Virus record (IMG/VR): IMGVR_UViG_3300032288_003533
Span: 12,233-76,232 of that record
Strand: one strand, 5' to 3'
Source: a virus
Length of the DNA: 64,000 bases
The position numbers and the translations under genes were made by a program. Numbering within the stretch: the stretch's first letter is position 1; each line of letters starts with the position of its first letter. This document shows, in pieces, positions 38,713-49,825 of the stretch. The notes under the pieces were generated by a model. That model was not told where the DNA came from, did not search any database, and was given only the letters and a program-made list of their open reading frames with translations.

Positions 38713-40735
38713 AAACTCTACCAGTTAATAATGGATCAATAAATCCATCAACAGCACCATTTGCAATTTCTTCATTATCCATACCATTTATTATAGATTC
38801 AGCAAATAATAAAACTCTATTTGGTGTCCCATCTAATAAGGGTTCGGTAGGTAAACCCAAATTCTGCATTTCAGAAATAACATTTATTTTTGCTCTTTCA
38901 TTTGAAAACCCAGGTAAAAATTGTGCCCCAATCAATAGGGGTGGAGGTATAGGTATTATTGTAGATTTTGTTAAAATATTTATTGAATTTAATATTTTAT
39001 TGATGTTGTCAACAACACTTTTACATTTTTTAAAATCAGTTATTGTTGATATAATACCAATTAAACTAGAACTCAATGCCAATATTATTTGTTTTTGTTT
39101 TTTTGTATAATTTTTAAAAACACCCCCAATAACTCTTGATACTATTTTTTTTAATTTACCTTTTAAAATATTAAAAAGTTCTTTTATAAAAAGTTCAAGA
39201 ATTCTTTTTGTTACATTTTGTAAATATGTTTTATATTTTTTTGCAAAAAATTCAGCACTTTCAACAGTTTCTTTTGTGAAATTATTTATTGATTTTTCAT
39301 TTTGTTTTATAAATTTTGTTGCTTGATTTTTTAAATCATTATATTTTTTATTAGTTGTTTTTTCAATAACTTGACCCAACACCATAATAGGAAATAATAC
39401 TTTGGGGGAAATTATAGATTCTAATAGTGCATTAACAAATGAAAATAATGTTGAGTTATTGTTAGTTAAATTATTATTATTTAATACATTTAATACAGAA
39501 TTTGTTAATTCATCACTTTTTGAGTTTGGCGTTAGTTTATCAAACCCATCAACAATTTCTTTTGCATAATCAACTATTATGTCATAATCAATTGGTTGAT
39601 TAACAACTCCACAATCATCAAAATTTAAAATTTTATTTACATAGTTGTTAATTTTATCATCAATATCCCTTAACTCTATCTCTGAAAATGTGAAAAAATC
39701 ATCACTCTCATCATCTAATTCTGGGATTTTGGCAATACCACTAATATCAATACTGTCACTATTGTCAAAACATTTTCCACAAATTCTTTCAATAAGAATT
39801 TTAAATTTAGATTTGTCACTAATTTCTTTGGGGGAACTACTTTGTGTTATATCTGTACCATCTAGTATGTAGTTGAATATATTTTTTATTAAATTGTTGA
39901 AATCAAAAATATTTATACTTTCATAATAATCAGATATAAATTTACTATAAAAATTAAATTCATCATTACCACTTAATAGTGTTACAGCAATAAAGTCCCC
40001 ACTTTCATTTAAATCATTTTTTTTTGTATATTTAAAATCAAATAATGGTAAACCTGATTTACCATTATATGTTTTATTATACTTCTTATAGAAACTTTCT
40101 TCTGGGTTAAGAATCCTGTTATATATTTCATAGTTTAATGGGAAGTCCAAACTCCCACCATAATTTTTATACAAATTGTTATTAATAGAATTTTGTATAG
40201 ATGTTGGACTTGTTTTTTCATAGAAAAAAATTCCACTTGTTGAGTCTGGGTCTTTTTTTAAGTTATTCCATAAATCTAAATTTTTTATAGGAACATAAAT
40301 TTGACTTTCAATAGGTATTTTTATGTTAAAATTAGATTTAAAATCAACTATATTTAGTGTTGGAAAAGTTTGATCATCCCTACAACCTATTAATTTTATG
40401 GCCTCTTCTTTTAATATGTTTTTTATTTCTGGAATATTTTTTATAACAATATTAGAGAATGACTTTAATAATTTATTGTTTGTATCAGCACCTTCACCAT
40501 CTATTTTTTTTATAAAAGAGATTAGTTGATTAAATAAAGTGGGTGTTTTATTTTTTTTTAAATTATTAGGTGAGTTAGAAATCCCAATACTATTATTTAT
40601 ATTAGATACTTTTTTATCAAAAAATATTTGAGCCTGTGCTCTGGCATCTTCAGATGCTTTAGTGCTACTTAAATAAGTTGTAAATGCATCAATTTGACTA
40701 CTAATTTTTTTGTACTCATTTAATAGGCTTGGCAT
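38690..40735 (-). CDS. Large hypothetical protein
   Basis: 681-aa ORF. Confidence 0.6.
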   Translation of the reverse strand: MPSLLNEYKKISSQIDAFTTYLSSTKASEDARAQAQIFFDKKVSNINNSIGISNSPNNLKKNKTPTLFNQLISFIKKIDGEGADTNNKLLKSFSNIVIKNIPEIKNILKEEAIKLIGCRDDQTFPTLNIVDFKSNFNIKIPIESQIYVPIKNLDLWNNLKKDPDSTSGIFFYEKTSPTSIQNSINNNLYKNYGGSLDFPLNYEIYNRILNPEESFYKKYNKTYNGKSGLPLFDFKYTKKNDLNESGDFIAVTLLSGNDEFNFYSKFISDYYESINIFDFNNLIKNIFNYILDGTDITQSSSPKEISDKSKFKILIERICGKCFDNSDSIDISGIAKIPELDDESDDFFTFSEIELRDIDDKINNYVNKILNFDDCGVVNQPIDYDIIVDYAKEIVDGFDKLTPNSKSDELTNSVLNVLNNNNLTNNNSTLFSFVNALLESIISPKVLFPIMVLGQVIEKTTNKKYNDLKNQATKFIKQNEKSINNFTKETVESAEFFAKKYKTYLQNVTKRILELFIKELFNILKGKLKKIVSRVIGGVFKNYTKKQKQIILALSSSLIGIISTITDFKKCKSVVDNINKILNSINILTKSTIIPIPPPLLIGAQFLPGFSNERAKINVISEMQNLGLPTEPLLDGTPNRVLLFAESIINGMDNEEIANGAVDGFIDPLLTGRVFAKKRHG

Positions 40736-40739
40736 AATA

Positions 40740-41105
40740 TTATTTTAATGTGTAATTATTGACTTCATTGTCAATATCTTTATCTAATAAATTTTGTAAT
40801 AATGATTCATCTAAATCAGCAAATGAATATGATGTTTCATCTTTACTCATTTTCTCCCAAATGCTTGATTGTAATTTAGATAGACTTAATTTTTTTTCAA
40901 CACATTCATTTATAATTTTTTGTTGTTTTTCAATAACAGGTCCAATCATAGTCATATCTTCTGGGTCTTTCAGCATAGCTAACATTTTATTTTGAATGCG
41001 TATTGCTGTGGTTCTTTGTTCAACAAGTTCATTATAAATTTCTTGCATTAAATTTAAAATAGAGTCTTTATTAAATGCAATTTCTTTTTTAAGTGGTCTA
41101 GGCAT
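40740..41105 (-). CDS. Hypothetical helical protein
   Basis: 121-aa ORF. Confidence 0.6.
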   Translation of the reverse strand: MPRPLKKEIAFNKDSILNLMQEIYNELVEQRTTAIRIQNKMLAMLKDPEDMTMIGPVIEKQQKIINECVEKKLSLSKLQSSIWEKMSKDETSYSFADLDESLLQNLLDKDIDNEVNNYTLK

Positions 41106-41108
41106 ATA

Positions 41109-41843
41109 CTATATAATTTTATTTACAATAAAAATATAAAGAGATTTGAATTTCTTTAAAGAAACTCTAATCTCTTTTGTTGTTAAATTTGTCATCTCCC
41201 TTAATGACAATAATATTAGATTTTTATTAAATTTTGAATTATCTGTTGATGTAAATATTGTTTCATATTTTTCAAACACATCAATTAAAGCTAATCCTAA
41301 TTTTCTTTCATTATCATTTAAATTTTGAGTATCAACAAAGTCTTTTAATTTTATTGTATATTCTATAATTATAGTATCTAAATCTATAACATCATCATCA
41401 ATACTGTAAACCATATCAGATCTCTCTTCTATTGATGAAGATATGTCTTCATATGATACTTTTCTATTTATTTCTTTTTGGTCTTTAAGAATTTGACCCA
41501 TCAGATAATTTTTGCATATTGTACCAAAGTAAGAATATGCTTTTTTATTTTTAGATGGTTTAAATTTATCTACTTTGGTCATAAGAAAAGAATGGACATC
41601 TGTATGAATATCATTGAAGTCCATATCTTTTCTGTATAATCTATATCGTCTAATTATTGACGATATCATCTTATCTAATGGCTTTCTAAGAAATTGATTA
41701 TATATGTTATTTTTTTCTTGTGTAGTTTCAGCAGTTAGAAAATCAATAACAGCATTTTCTTCTCTGGTGTCAAAGTAGTTTTCTTTTGGTTTCTTTTTTA
41801 TTTTCTTAGATTCATTTTCTATAACATCAACTTGACTTATCAT
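41109..41843 (-). CDS. Phage late sigma factor (T4 gp55-like)
   Basis: ENYFD and KFKPSKNKKAYSYFGTICKNYL resemble sigma region 2 of gp55-type factors. Confidence 0.7.
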   Translation of the reverse strand: MISQVDVIENESKKIKKKPKENYFDTREENAVIDFLTAETTQEKNNIYNQFLRKPLDKMISSIIRRYRLYRKDMDFNDIHTDVHSFLMTKVDKFKPSKNKKAYSYFGTICKNYLMGQILKDQKEINRKVSYEDISSSIEERSDMVYSIDDDVIDLDTIIIEYTIKLKDFVDTQNLNDNERKLGLALIDVFEKYETIFTSTDNSKFNKNLILLSLREMTNLTTKEIRVSLKKFKSLYIFIVNKII

Positions 41844-42649
41844 TAAGATTTTTCAATTTCATATTTTATTTCTCTATCTGTTGTGAAAAAATATTCTTTT
41901 TTTGCAGTCTGAAGCCAAAATTTAACCTCATCCTCATTTATTTTATCTTTATCAAATTTATAATTCCAAAAAATAGATCCTTCTCTCAAATTTGTATGTT
42001 TATACCCTATTCTAGGTATAGTCATAATTGATGCTTCATTATATGTTAACCTTAATAAAAATTCATACCCAAAAGTTAATTTCATAGAAGGTTTAAATCC
42101 CCCAATATTAATAAATATATCTTTCTTCATAATAATTCCAGATGTTTGAAAATTTTGGTAATCATGAAGAATATCATTTGTTAAAATACCCATTTCTTGT
42201 GTGAAATTTGCTGCAAAAGTTGCCTCATTTGTGAATCCTGCAAATGATTCTTTTGAATCAACATCAACAACAATTGGTAAAAATGTTTTATAATCAGGGT
42301 AAACTTCTGCATACTTTTTAAAATTCTTAAACCAAATATTTGAATATTCATCATCAAATTCAAAAAAACTAACCCATTCAGATGTTGAATTTTCAACCCC
42401 ATAATTAACTTGGGCACAATAATTTGGGTCTTTATCCCATACTATTTTCTTAACATTTAAATTTCTAAAATCAAAATTATTTAAAAATTCAACAAGAGTA
42501 TCTTCATTTGTGTGTACAATAACTAATTCATCAAAATATTCATATTGATTATCCAAAGATTTAATTGCTTTTTCAAAAAAAGTATTGAAATCTTTTGCTT
42601 TTGATGATTTAATAGGTAGTATAACTGATAGTGATAAGTTTGTACTCAT
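41843..42649 (-). CDS. GT-A/GT2-like glycosyltransferase
   Basis: LSVILP, VNYGVE..SEWVSFFEFDD, IGGF. Confidence 0.75.
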   Translation of the reverse strand: MSTNLSLSVILPIKSSKAKDFNTFFEKAIKSLDNQYEYFDELVIVHTNEDTLVEFLNNFDFRNLNVKKIVWDKDPNYCAQVNYGVENSTSEWVSFFEFDDEYSNIWFKNFKKYAEVYPDYKTFLPIVVDVDSKESFAGFTNEATFAANFTQEMGILTNDILHDYQNFQTSGIIMKKDIFINIGGFKPSMKLTFGYEFLLRLTYNEASIMTIPRIGYKHTNLREGSIFWNYKFDKDKINEDEVKFWLQTAKKEYFFTTDREIKYEIEKS

Positions 42650-42650
42650 T

Positions 42651-43697
42651 TTATATTTTATTTAATTGTTCTTGAAAAGCATTTATTCTATTTTCAAAAT
42701 AGTTATTAAAACAATCCAATGTTGCTTTTGTAAATTTATCTTTATTTTGGTATTCTTTTGCTGTTGTTTCTAATTCATTATATAAGTCTATAGTAATAGA
42801 ATCTTCAAGCCAATTTTGTATAAATTCAGCAATATAATCAACTAATTTTAGTTTATCTTGAACCCATATACCATTTTTATCAGTCATCCATTCTGGAATT
42901 AAATCTGGTATTTTACCAATAACTGGAATTCCACAAGACATAGATTCTAATGGGAAAGTACCAAAACCACTTATGTCATCTATCCAAACACTTAAAAAAC
43001 AATTTTTTAATGAATTTGAAAATTCTACATTTGATAACCCTCTCATATCCCTAAATGTGAACCATCTAAATTGGGGGTATTTTAAATAAAATTGTTTAAC
43101 TATATTAATGGTATCACTTTGGTCTCTTGTATGCATAGCAATAATTGGCATTGGGGGTAATTTTGGCTTGTCAAAATTATCAGAAATAAATGGTGTAATT
43201 ACATCATATGAAATTTTCTTCATATATGAATCAATTTCATTTTTTTGTTTTTCACTTGTTGTTATACATTTTAAAAAGCCAAAAGAAGTCCATGCTTGTC
43301 CAGGTTGCAATGTTTCCAGAATATATGAATAAGATTGTGCTAAAACAATTTTACCACATGGTAAATCTTTTATCTGCTCCATAATGAATCCATATATTTC
43401 AGGTAGAACAATAAAGTCTTCTGGACTTATTTCTAAATTTTCCCCATCAATAGATTTGTGAGGTAATTTTGTCATATAACTTTCATCAAGCCAAGAACTA
43501 ACACCAGTATAGTCTTTTTTTTCATGTAAAATAATAGAATTAAATCCATTATCTTTTAATGCAATAGCCATATCATAAATATATTTTATAGATGCCCTAG
43601 CATTACCTTTTGTATCTTGGGCAACAAAATAAATTCTTGATTGTCTATTTTTTAAAATATTTAAAGAATTTTCAATTTTTGGTTTTATATCATTCAT
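42651..43697 (-). CDS. GT-B/GT4-like glycosyltransferase
   Basis: GFGTFPLESMSCGIPVIG. Confidence 0.7.
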   Translation of the reverse strand: MNDIKPKIENSLNILKNRQSRIYFVAQDTKGNARASIKYIYDMAIALKDNGFNSIILHEKKDYTGVSSWLDESYMTKLPHKSIDGENLEISPEDFIVLPEIYGFIMEQIKDLPCGKIVLAQSYSYILETLQPGQAWTSFGFLKCITTSEKQKNEIDSYMKKISYDVITPFISDNFDKPKLPPMPIIAMHTRDQSDTINIVKQFYLKYPQFRWFTFRDMRGLSNVEFSNSLKNCFLSVWIDDISGFGTFPLESMSCGIPVIGKIPDLIPEWMTDKNGIWVQDKLKLVDYIAEFIQNWLEDSITIDLYNELETTAKEYQNKDKFTKATLDCFNNYFENRINAFQEQLNKI

Positions 43698-43698
43698 A

Positions 43699-43980
43699 TT
43701 AATAGTGGTTTATTATTTTTTTGTTTAATAAAGTGTTGAATGCCATTTTAAATGGTATTGTTAAATCTTTAGCAGAATTTATTCCTAATTTATCATCAAT
43801 ATCATCTGCTTCAGATAATACAACATCTAACATTAATTTTACAAGTTCATATTTAATTATATTTATTTTTGTTTCAGTTTCACCTGATGTTGATGTTGAT
43901 GTTTCAACTGAACTCATATCAACATATTTCTCAATAACATCTAAATCAACATAATAATGTTCTCCAAATATTTTTAACAT
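43699..43980 (-). CDS. Hypothetical protein
   Basis: Coupled ORF. Confidence 0.55.
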   Translation of the reverse strand: MLKIFGEHYYVDLDVIEKYVDMSSVETSTSTSGETETKINIIKYELVKLMLDVVLSEADDIDDKLGINSAKDLTIPFKMAFNTLLNKKIINHY

Positions 43981-44561
43981 ATTTCCAATATTTTTTCTTT
44001 TAATTGGTTTATTTTTTGTATAACAAATTTTGTTTTAATATTTTTATTATACTCTTGCTCATACTTTATAAAAATTTTATTATTAGGTATTTCTAATAAT
44101 AAACTAGGATTTGCTGTAAGTAAAACATCTATTGAATTTATCATATCATTTTTTGTCTGTTCACTATAAAATTTTATATTTTCTACTAAACAAGAAAATT
44201 TTGACAAAAAAAACAATGTTGCTGGTTTGGATTTTCCAATTTCATCTGACACAATAATAATTTCATGATTATTCCTCATATCCAAATAAAAATCATTTAA
44301 ATCATTCATTCCAGTATATTCAATAGATGCAGCATGCCCAAATATTTCCATTGGATGCTCAATATATAAAAAATTATATAAATCATCATCCAGTGGAAAT
44401 TTAAAATGATTTAAAAGATTTAAGGAATCAATTGGGTAATTTATTTCATATTTAAATTCTGAATCATTATCTTCATTTGAAACATAAAACTTATCATAAA
44501 CTTGTTCTATCTTCCCAAGAGTATCCCTTAATACTCCATTTAAATCAATTGCTATCTTCAT
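43974..44561 (-). CDS. HAD-fold 5'(3')-nucleotidase-like protein
   Basis: MKIAIDLNGVLRD (motif I variant). Confidence 0.6.
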   Translation of the reverse strand: MKIAIDLNGVLRDTLGKIEQVYDKFYVSNEDNDSEFKYEINYPIDSLNLLNHFKFPLDDDLYNFLYIEHPMEIFGHAASIEYTGMNDLNDFYLDMRNNHEIIIVSDEIGKSKPATLFFLSKFSCLVENIKFYSEQTKNDMINSIDVLLTANPSLLLEIPNNKIFIKYEQEYNKNIKTKFVIQKINQLKEKILEIC

Positions 44562-45276
44562 ATTTTTTCAATATTTTACTAATTATTGGGTTTCTAACAA
44601 TATCCTCTTGTCCAAATTCATGCCTTGCAATATCATCAATATCATTTAATTTTTGCATTGCATCATATAAACCAGTCCCCCTCTTGTCTTTATATCTATC
44701 AGTTTGTTCCAAATCACCAGATATAAAAAATTTAGTATTAAAACCTATTCTTGTCAATAGTAATTTCATTTGGTTTGGTGTAGTGTTTTGGGCTTCCTCC
44801 AATACCAATATAGTGTTATCAATGTTTATACCCCTCATATAAGCAAGTGCCATAACCTCAATAACCTCCATATCCATTAATTTTTCACGGATATTTTTTC
44901 CAATTATTTTATTCAACAAGTAAAATGATGGATAAATATATGGATCCATTTTCTCATTGACTGTTCCTGGTAGGGCACCAAGTTTCTCTTCTGCTTCAAC
45001 TGCTGGTTTAACAATCACCAATTTATCATATGTATTGTTAGGGTCTGCAAGTAAATCAACTGCTGCCTTCATTGACATATAACTCTTGCCAGTTCCTGCT
45101 GGACCAACACATATTGTGATTTGGTGATTTAACAATTTATCATAATAAATTGCTTGATTGTCATTTAGGAATTTCTCTTTTGTTTTCTTTTTTAGCAAAC
45201 TACAAATTTGGCTTTTTCTTGATTGGGGAGCTAACTCAACCTCATCTTCTTTTTTCACAAATCTTCTTCTCGTCAT
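44545..45276 (-). CDS. phoH: PhoH-family ATPase
   Basis: GPAGTGKS, LGALPG, AYMRG, EEAQN, GDLEQTD, DIVRNP. Confidence 0.93.
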   Translation of the reverse strand: MTRRRFVKKEDEVELAPQSRKSQICSLLKKKTKEKFLNDNQAIYYDKLLNHQITICVGPAGTGKSYMSMKAAVDLLADPNNTYDKLVIVKPAVEAEEKLGALPGTVNEKMDPYIYPSFYLLNKIIGKNIREKLMDMEVIEVMALAYMRGINIDNTILVLEEAQNTTPNQMKLLLTRIGFNTKFFISGDLEQTDRYKDKRGTGLYDAMQKLNDIDDIARHEFGQEDIVRNPIISKILKKYEDSN

Positions 45277-45346
45277 TAAATTGTTTTTATTTAATAAATA
45301 ACAAGTGATATTATTTATATATCCATTTTTAATTATTAAATTAATA

Positions 45347-46699
45347 TTAAGTTTTATTTTTTAAAAATAAATCCAAATCTTCTGGTGTACCTAGTCCCCA
45401 CATTTTTGTTGCTTTAAATGTTATTATTTTTTTACCACCATTAATTGCTTCATTAAAAACAGGGCAAACATAAAATTCATTATTAACTCTAATATTATTA
45501 GCAATCATTTGTTCAGCATATTTTACAAAATCTGAACCATTTTTCCAAAAATAATACCCCACAGTTGCTATATTTGATATAGGATTTTTTTCTTCAACCC
45601 TTTTCACAAAGTTATTATTGTCTAATTCAACAAATGACCATTTAGGATGGGTTGATTCAAATGTAACTATACCTCCATCAAAATTAGTTTCTTGCATTTT
45701 ATACATAAAGTCACTTGAACTCCATTCAACAAACTGATCAGAGTTGGCAAAAAATAATGGATTATCATTATCTATATATTCTTTTGCTAACAAAGCAGTA
45801 CAAGCGGCACCTTCTGTAATTCCATCAACATCAATTATCTTACAATTGGGGGTTATTAGGTTTAATAATGTGTCTAAATTATATTTTTTTCTATGACTTT
45901 TTTGGACAACATAAATAAAATTAGCATCTAAGTTTAGATTATCCACAACAACTTGTATCATAGGCTTACCATTAATATCAATTAATGGTTTTGGGAAAGT
46001 ATATCCAGCTTTCTCAAATCTACTTCCAGCACCTGCCATTGGTATTAAAACATTTAGTTTTTCATTTTTCCATTTTGGATTATTTTCCATTTTTAAAGTA
46101 TTAATATGTTTATTTATATTAAAATATGTCACATCATTTGGGGATATAACTCTCATAACATTTGAATTGGATCTATTTGCTGCCAATAAACCAAAAGGTG
46201 AATCTTCAACAATTAATGTTTCTTTGGGTAAGAATCCAAAATATGAAATTGTTTTCCAATACATTTCTGGGTGGGGTTTTGAATTATTCACATCCTCATT
46301 GGATACAATATAATCAAAATATTCAATTATATCTAATTTAGATAAAACAGTTAGAATAGTTTTTCTAATACTATTAGAGCAAACTGCTATTTTGTAATTT
46401 TCTTTTGCTAATTCTTTTATAGTATTTTTTAATATGCTATTTGGTTTTATTTTCTTTAATTCTTCAATAGTTAATTTTTGTTTTTTTAACCATATATCAT
46501 TATATAATGATGGGGGTAAACCTTTACTTGTTGTTAATAATGTTAGTTTTTCATTTGTCTTTAACCCATCATATTTATTTAAATGTTCCTCCCAGGATAT
46601 CTCATATTTATTACCTAATGCTTCATTTAAAGTCTTATAATGAATGTTTTTTGCATCAACCAATACACCATCTAAGTCAAAAATTATTAATTTAATCAT
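45347..46699 (-). CDS. HAD phosphatase fused to NTP-transferase/GT-A domain
   Basis: FDLDGVL, KPHPE and EDS motifs, then IPMAGAGSRF..PKPLI, NSDQ, LGTPEDL. Confidence 0.85.
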   Translation of the reverse strand: MIKLIIFDLDGVLVDAKNIHYKTLNEALGNKYEISWEEHLNKYDGLKTNEKLTLLTTSKGLPPSLYNDIWLKKQKLTIEELKKIKPNSILKNTIKELAKENYKIAVCSNSIRKTILTVLSKLDIIEYFDYIVSNEDVNNSKPHPEMYWKTISYFGFLPKETLIVEDSPFGLLAANRSNSNVMRVISPNDVTYFNINKHINTLKMENNPKWKNEKLNVLIPMAGAGSRFEKAGYTFPKPLIDINGKPMIQVVVDNLNLDANFIYVVQKSHRKKYNLDTLLNLITPNCKIIDVDGITEGAACTALLAKEYIDNDNPLFFANSDQFVEWSSSDFMYKMQETNFDGGIVTFESTHPKWSFVELDNNNFVKRVEEKNPISNIATVGYYFWKNGSDFVKYAEQMIANNIRVNNEFYVCPVFNEAINGGKKIITFKATKMWGLGTPEDLDLFLKNKT

Positions 46700-46712
46700 T
46701 TTTTATTATGTT

Positions 46713-47360
46713 TTATCTAACAAAAGAAAATATTGTATGCCCCATATATGAATCTATCAAATTATCAATATAATTTATATCACCACCAAATTTTAATATT
46801 TTATGATTTATTTCATGAGTCATCTTATTCTCTATTAATAATTCATTTATTGATTTTTGAAAAATATCTAAATACTTTCTAGGGAAAATCCATAAATTAT
46901 CATCACAATTACCAGAAGGATGTTCAACAGTTATATTAAATTTATTTAAATCTATATTAAATATATCATATTTTTTATGAAAAAAAATATCAAAACGTGT
47001 GAAAATAAAATAGTCATAATTTTTATTTCTTAATTTTTCTTCTTCAATAATCATAGAAATTAATATATTTAAATGATTTAATTGTGCCACCCAAGTATTT
47101 GATGAGATATTAGTTTGGCTAGTAAATGTGTATTTTTTAGATTTATAATCTCTTACTAGTATACTATTTAACTTATCATTTATATTATATGATGACATAA
47201 ATGTATCTATTTTATTATCATATAATAATAACTCATCATAAATCATTTCATTATGATTTTTTATTGTTTCATCTAATTTATTTAACAAATATTTATCAAC
47301 ACCATATTGCCTAATATAATTAATATTAAAGACACCTTTGTAACATATTCCAATATCCAT
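46713..47360 (-). CDS. Glycan-island hypothetical protein (GT-like)
   Basis: YDYFIFTRFD motif; genomic context. Confidence 0.5.
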   Translation of the reverse strand: MDIGICYKGVFNINYIRQYGVDKYLLNKLDETIKNHNEMIYDELLLYDNKIDTFMSSYNINDKLNSILVRDYKSKKYTFTSQTNISSNTWVAQLNHLNILISMIIEEEKLRNKNYDYFIFTRFDIFFHKKYDIFNIDLNKFNITVEHPSGNCDDNLWIFPRKYLDIFQKSINELLIENKMTHEINHKILKFGGDINYIDNLIDSYMGHTIFSFVR

Positions 47361-47369
47361 TTTTTTAAA

Positions 47370-48065
47370 TTAAAAAATACCACGTTTATTTTTATCAATA
47401 TTATATTCAGTTAGAATAATATCTAATTCATTTTTATACTCCAAGTAATTCCATTTACCTCTAACTATTGCTGTTGCAATATATGGGAAAACTAAACTAT
47501 CATAGTGACAACTCCCCCTCTTTGACTCCCCACCTATTTTACACATAAAATCTTTATTATTATTTATAATTGCATTTTCTAATTCATATATATTTAAAGA
47601 TGGTAGTTCATTTAATTTTTCATATAATGTGTCTTTTAATATAAGTGTTGGTTGTATAGAAAATTTAGAATATCCATTTAAAATTAATGTTGAATCAATA
47701 TGTGGGGTAGAATTATTTACATCATCTACATAAATCAATTTTATGCTACTAGCACTCTTGTCTTTAATATACCCAATATATCTTTCAATAATTTTATTAT
47801 TTGGTTTATCATACAAAAACATATCTTCATGTATAAATAAAAAATAATCACACAATAATTTATCTAAACTATCTTTAATTCTATCAGAATATTTTTTTTT
47901 ATCATCATATAAAATAATATTACATTTAACTGGAATATTAGAATCATAATCATTAACTAAAACATATAATTTTGAATCTGGCAAAAATTTATTTATTTGT
48001 CCAAAGAAAGGTGCCCAAGCATCTTTATAGTCAGTATGAGTATATACTAATATATTTAACTCCAT
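47370..48065 (-). CDS. GT-A-like protein
   Basis: FLFIHED motif; ATAIVRGKW; genomic context. Confidence 0.5.
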   Translation of the reverse strand: MELNILVYTHTDYKDAWAPFFGQINKFLPDSKLYVLVNDYDSNIPVKCNIILYDDKKKYSDRIKDSLDKLLCDYFLFIHEDMFLYDKPNNKIIERYIGYIKDKSASSIKLIYVDDVNNSTPHIDSTLILNGYSKFSIQPTLILKDTLYEKLNELPSLNIYELENAIINNNKDFMCKIGGESKRGSCHYDSLVFPYIATAIVRGKWNYLEYKNELDIILTEYNIDKNKRGIF

Positions 48066-48781
48066 ATTGTGTTTAATGTTATTTTATTATCCCATAAACC
48101 ATTTTCTAACATCCACCATTTATAAAATGCAATTGAGTTAGACAAATCCCCTATATTACCTTCTATATTTTTTGCAAATTTGTGAAAATTGGAATCTAAA
48201 TACATATTTTTTTCCAAACAATCATATAATTTAGTAAAATTATGCATAATTTCATATGAACCATAAAACCACATATCAGGTGGACCCATATGAAAATGAT
48301 TCCAATTAGCCATATAGATTTTATTTTTTTTTATATTTTTTATAAAATTTATGCATTGAACTGGGTATGGGTTATGCCTCCCAGGTCCAGAAGTATTTCT
48401 ATTTATTCTCCCTAAATCAAACCTTGATTTTACAACTATATCATATTTTTTATTATCTTCATATAACAATTTAAAAACTTCACTAATACTATAAAAATGT
48501 GACAAAACATTCTGTGGGGGTCTAGGTGGTGCTATTAAATTATTTAATCCTCTTTCATTAATTAACTTTGAAAAATCTTTTTGGTAGTCAAATTTAAAAT
48601 TTATAGGATTATATAGACTTATTATTTGATTTTTTTTATCCACATCCCAGCTATGTATATATACATCAACATCATTTTTATTTATTATGTTTTCATTTAT
48701 ATATTTATAACCATCCACACCATTTGATGATGAATCTTCAATTGAGTTGAAAAGCCCATGTAAGCAAAGTGCAATTCTCAT
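48056..48781 (-). CDS. Glycan-island hypothetical protein (GT-like)
   Basis: MRIALCLHG, DVYIHSW, YDIVVKSRFD. Confidence 0.55.
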   Translation of the reverse strand: MRIALCLHGLFNSIEDSSSNGVDGYKYINENIINKNDVDVYIHSWDVDKKNQIISLYNPINFKFDYQKDFSKLINERGLNNLIAPPRPPQNVLSHFYSISEVFKLLYEDNKKYDIVVKSRFDLGRINRNTSGPGRHNPYPVQCINFIKNIKKNKIYMANWNHFHMGPPDMWFYGSYEIMHNFTKLYDCLEKNMYLDSNFHKFAKNIEGNIGDLSNSIAFYKWWMLENGLWDNKITLNTIWS

Positions 48782-48783
48782 TA

Positions 48784-49422
48784 TTATATTACTTTATTAT
48801 TTTTAAATATAGTGAAATTTGTTAAATCTCTATACCCATTGTGTTCATCTAAATCATCATTATGCATTGGCATATTTTGCATAAGAGCAAGACCATGTGA
48901 TGCTTGTTGTGGAGTTATGTACATATTCCATCCAAGCATTTCAATATCATCCTCATGATATAGTTTTTCGCTTCTACCTTCATATCTGGCTTTTTTAAAC
49001 CAATTAAATGCATCTTCATTATCTGTAAGAATCATACCACCTTTACCTATTTTTAAGTGTTTTTTTATATGAAATGACAAACACATAAATGTATTTGGTA
49101 TATACATATTAGATGTGAATCTTTTTGCTGAGTCATATATTGGGTATGGTTTTAATTGGTAAATACCTTTCCAATTATTAGTTTCTTCTGTTGTGTCAAA
49201 GACAACTTCTCCTCCAGCATGTATAATTGATTGAGGTACAGATAAATAAGTTTTTGAAGGTATTGTAATTTCACCAACATTTAAATATTTGCATACTAAA
49301 AATATAGCATTAGTACAATTATCAACAGATATTGCATATGGAGCATTAGTATAATTAGCAATTTCTTCTTCAAAATTTTTAACAATTGAAAAAGGATTAT
49401 TATTTGGTTTTTTATATTTCAT
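48784..49422 (-). CDS. Short DegT/DnrJ/EryC1/StrS-family sugar aminotransferase
   Basis: FEEEIA.Y..A.YAISVDNCTNA, DSA, LSFHIKKHL..GGMILT. Confidence 0.8.
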   Translation of the reverse strand: MKYKKPNNNPFSIVKNFEEEIANYTNAPYAISVDNCTNAIFLVCKYLNVGEITIPSKTYLSVPQSIIHAGGEVVFDTTEETNNWKGIYQLKPYPIYDSAKRFTSNMYIPNTFMCLSFHIKKHLKIGKGGMILTDNEDAFNWFKKARYEGRSEKLYHEDDIEMLGWNMYITPQQASHGLALMQNMPMHNDDLDEHNGYRDLTNFTIFKNNKVI

Positions 49423-49825
49423 ATTTTAAATAAAATAAATTGTTATCACTTTTTATAATTTTAAATTTATTTTTTATAAACAAATTTAAACTAGATTTAT
49501 TTGATTTTAACACTTTAACATCAATATTTGGATTATTTTCAATAATTTTAGACAGCATAAATTTTGCAACTCCTTGTTTTTTAAAATTCCAATGAGTACA
49601 TATTCTTAAATCATTATCAACAACACCAACATAACCAGTAGGTGTATCTCCACTTAAACATATGAAGTAACAATTATGATATTTTTGCATATACAAAATT
49701 TGGTCTTCTTTAGTTATTTTTGACTTATTTATAAATCCATTTTCATTTTTAGGATGAGTTCTGAGGGTTCTAATAAATTCATAGTACTTTTCATCACAAG
49801 CAACTAATTTCAATTCCATAAACAT
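49412..49825 (-). CDS. GNAT acetyltransferase
   Basis: FKKQGVAKFML and N.SSLNLF motifs. Confidence 0.7.
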   Translation of the reverse strand: MFMELKLVACDEKYYEFIRTLRTHPKNENGFINKSKITKEDQILYMQKYHNCYFICLSGDTPTGYVGVVDNDLRICTHWNFKKQGVAKFMLSKIIENNPNIDVKVLKSNKSSLNLFIKNKFKIIKSDNNLFYLKYEI

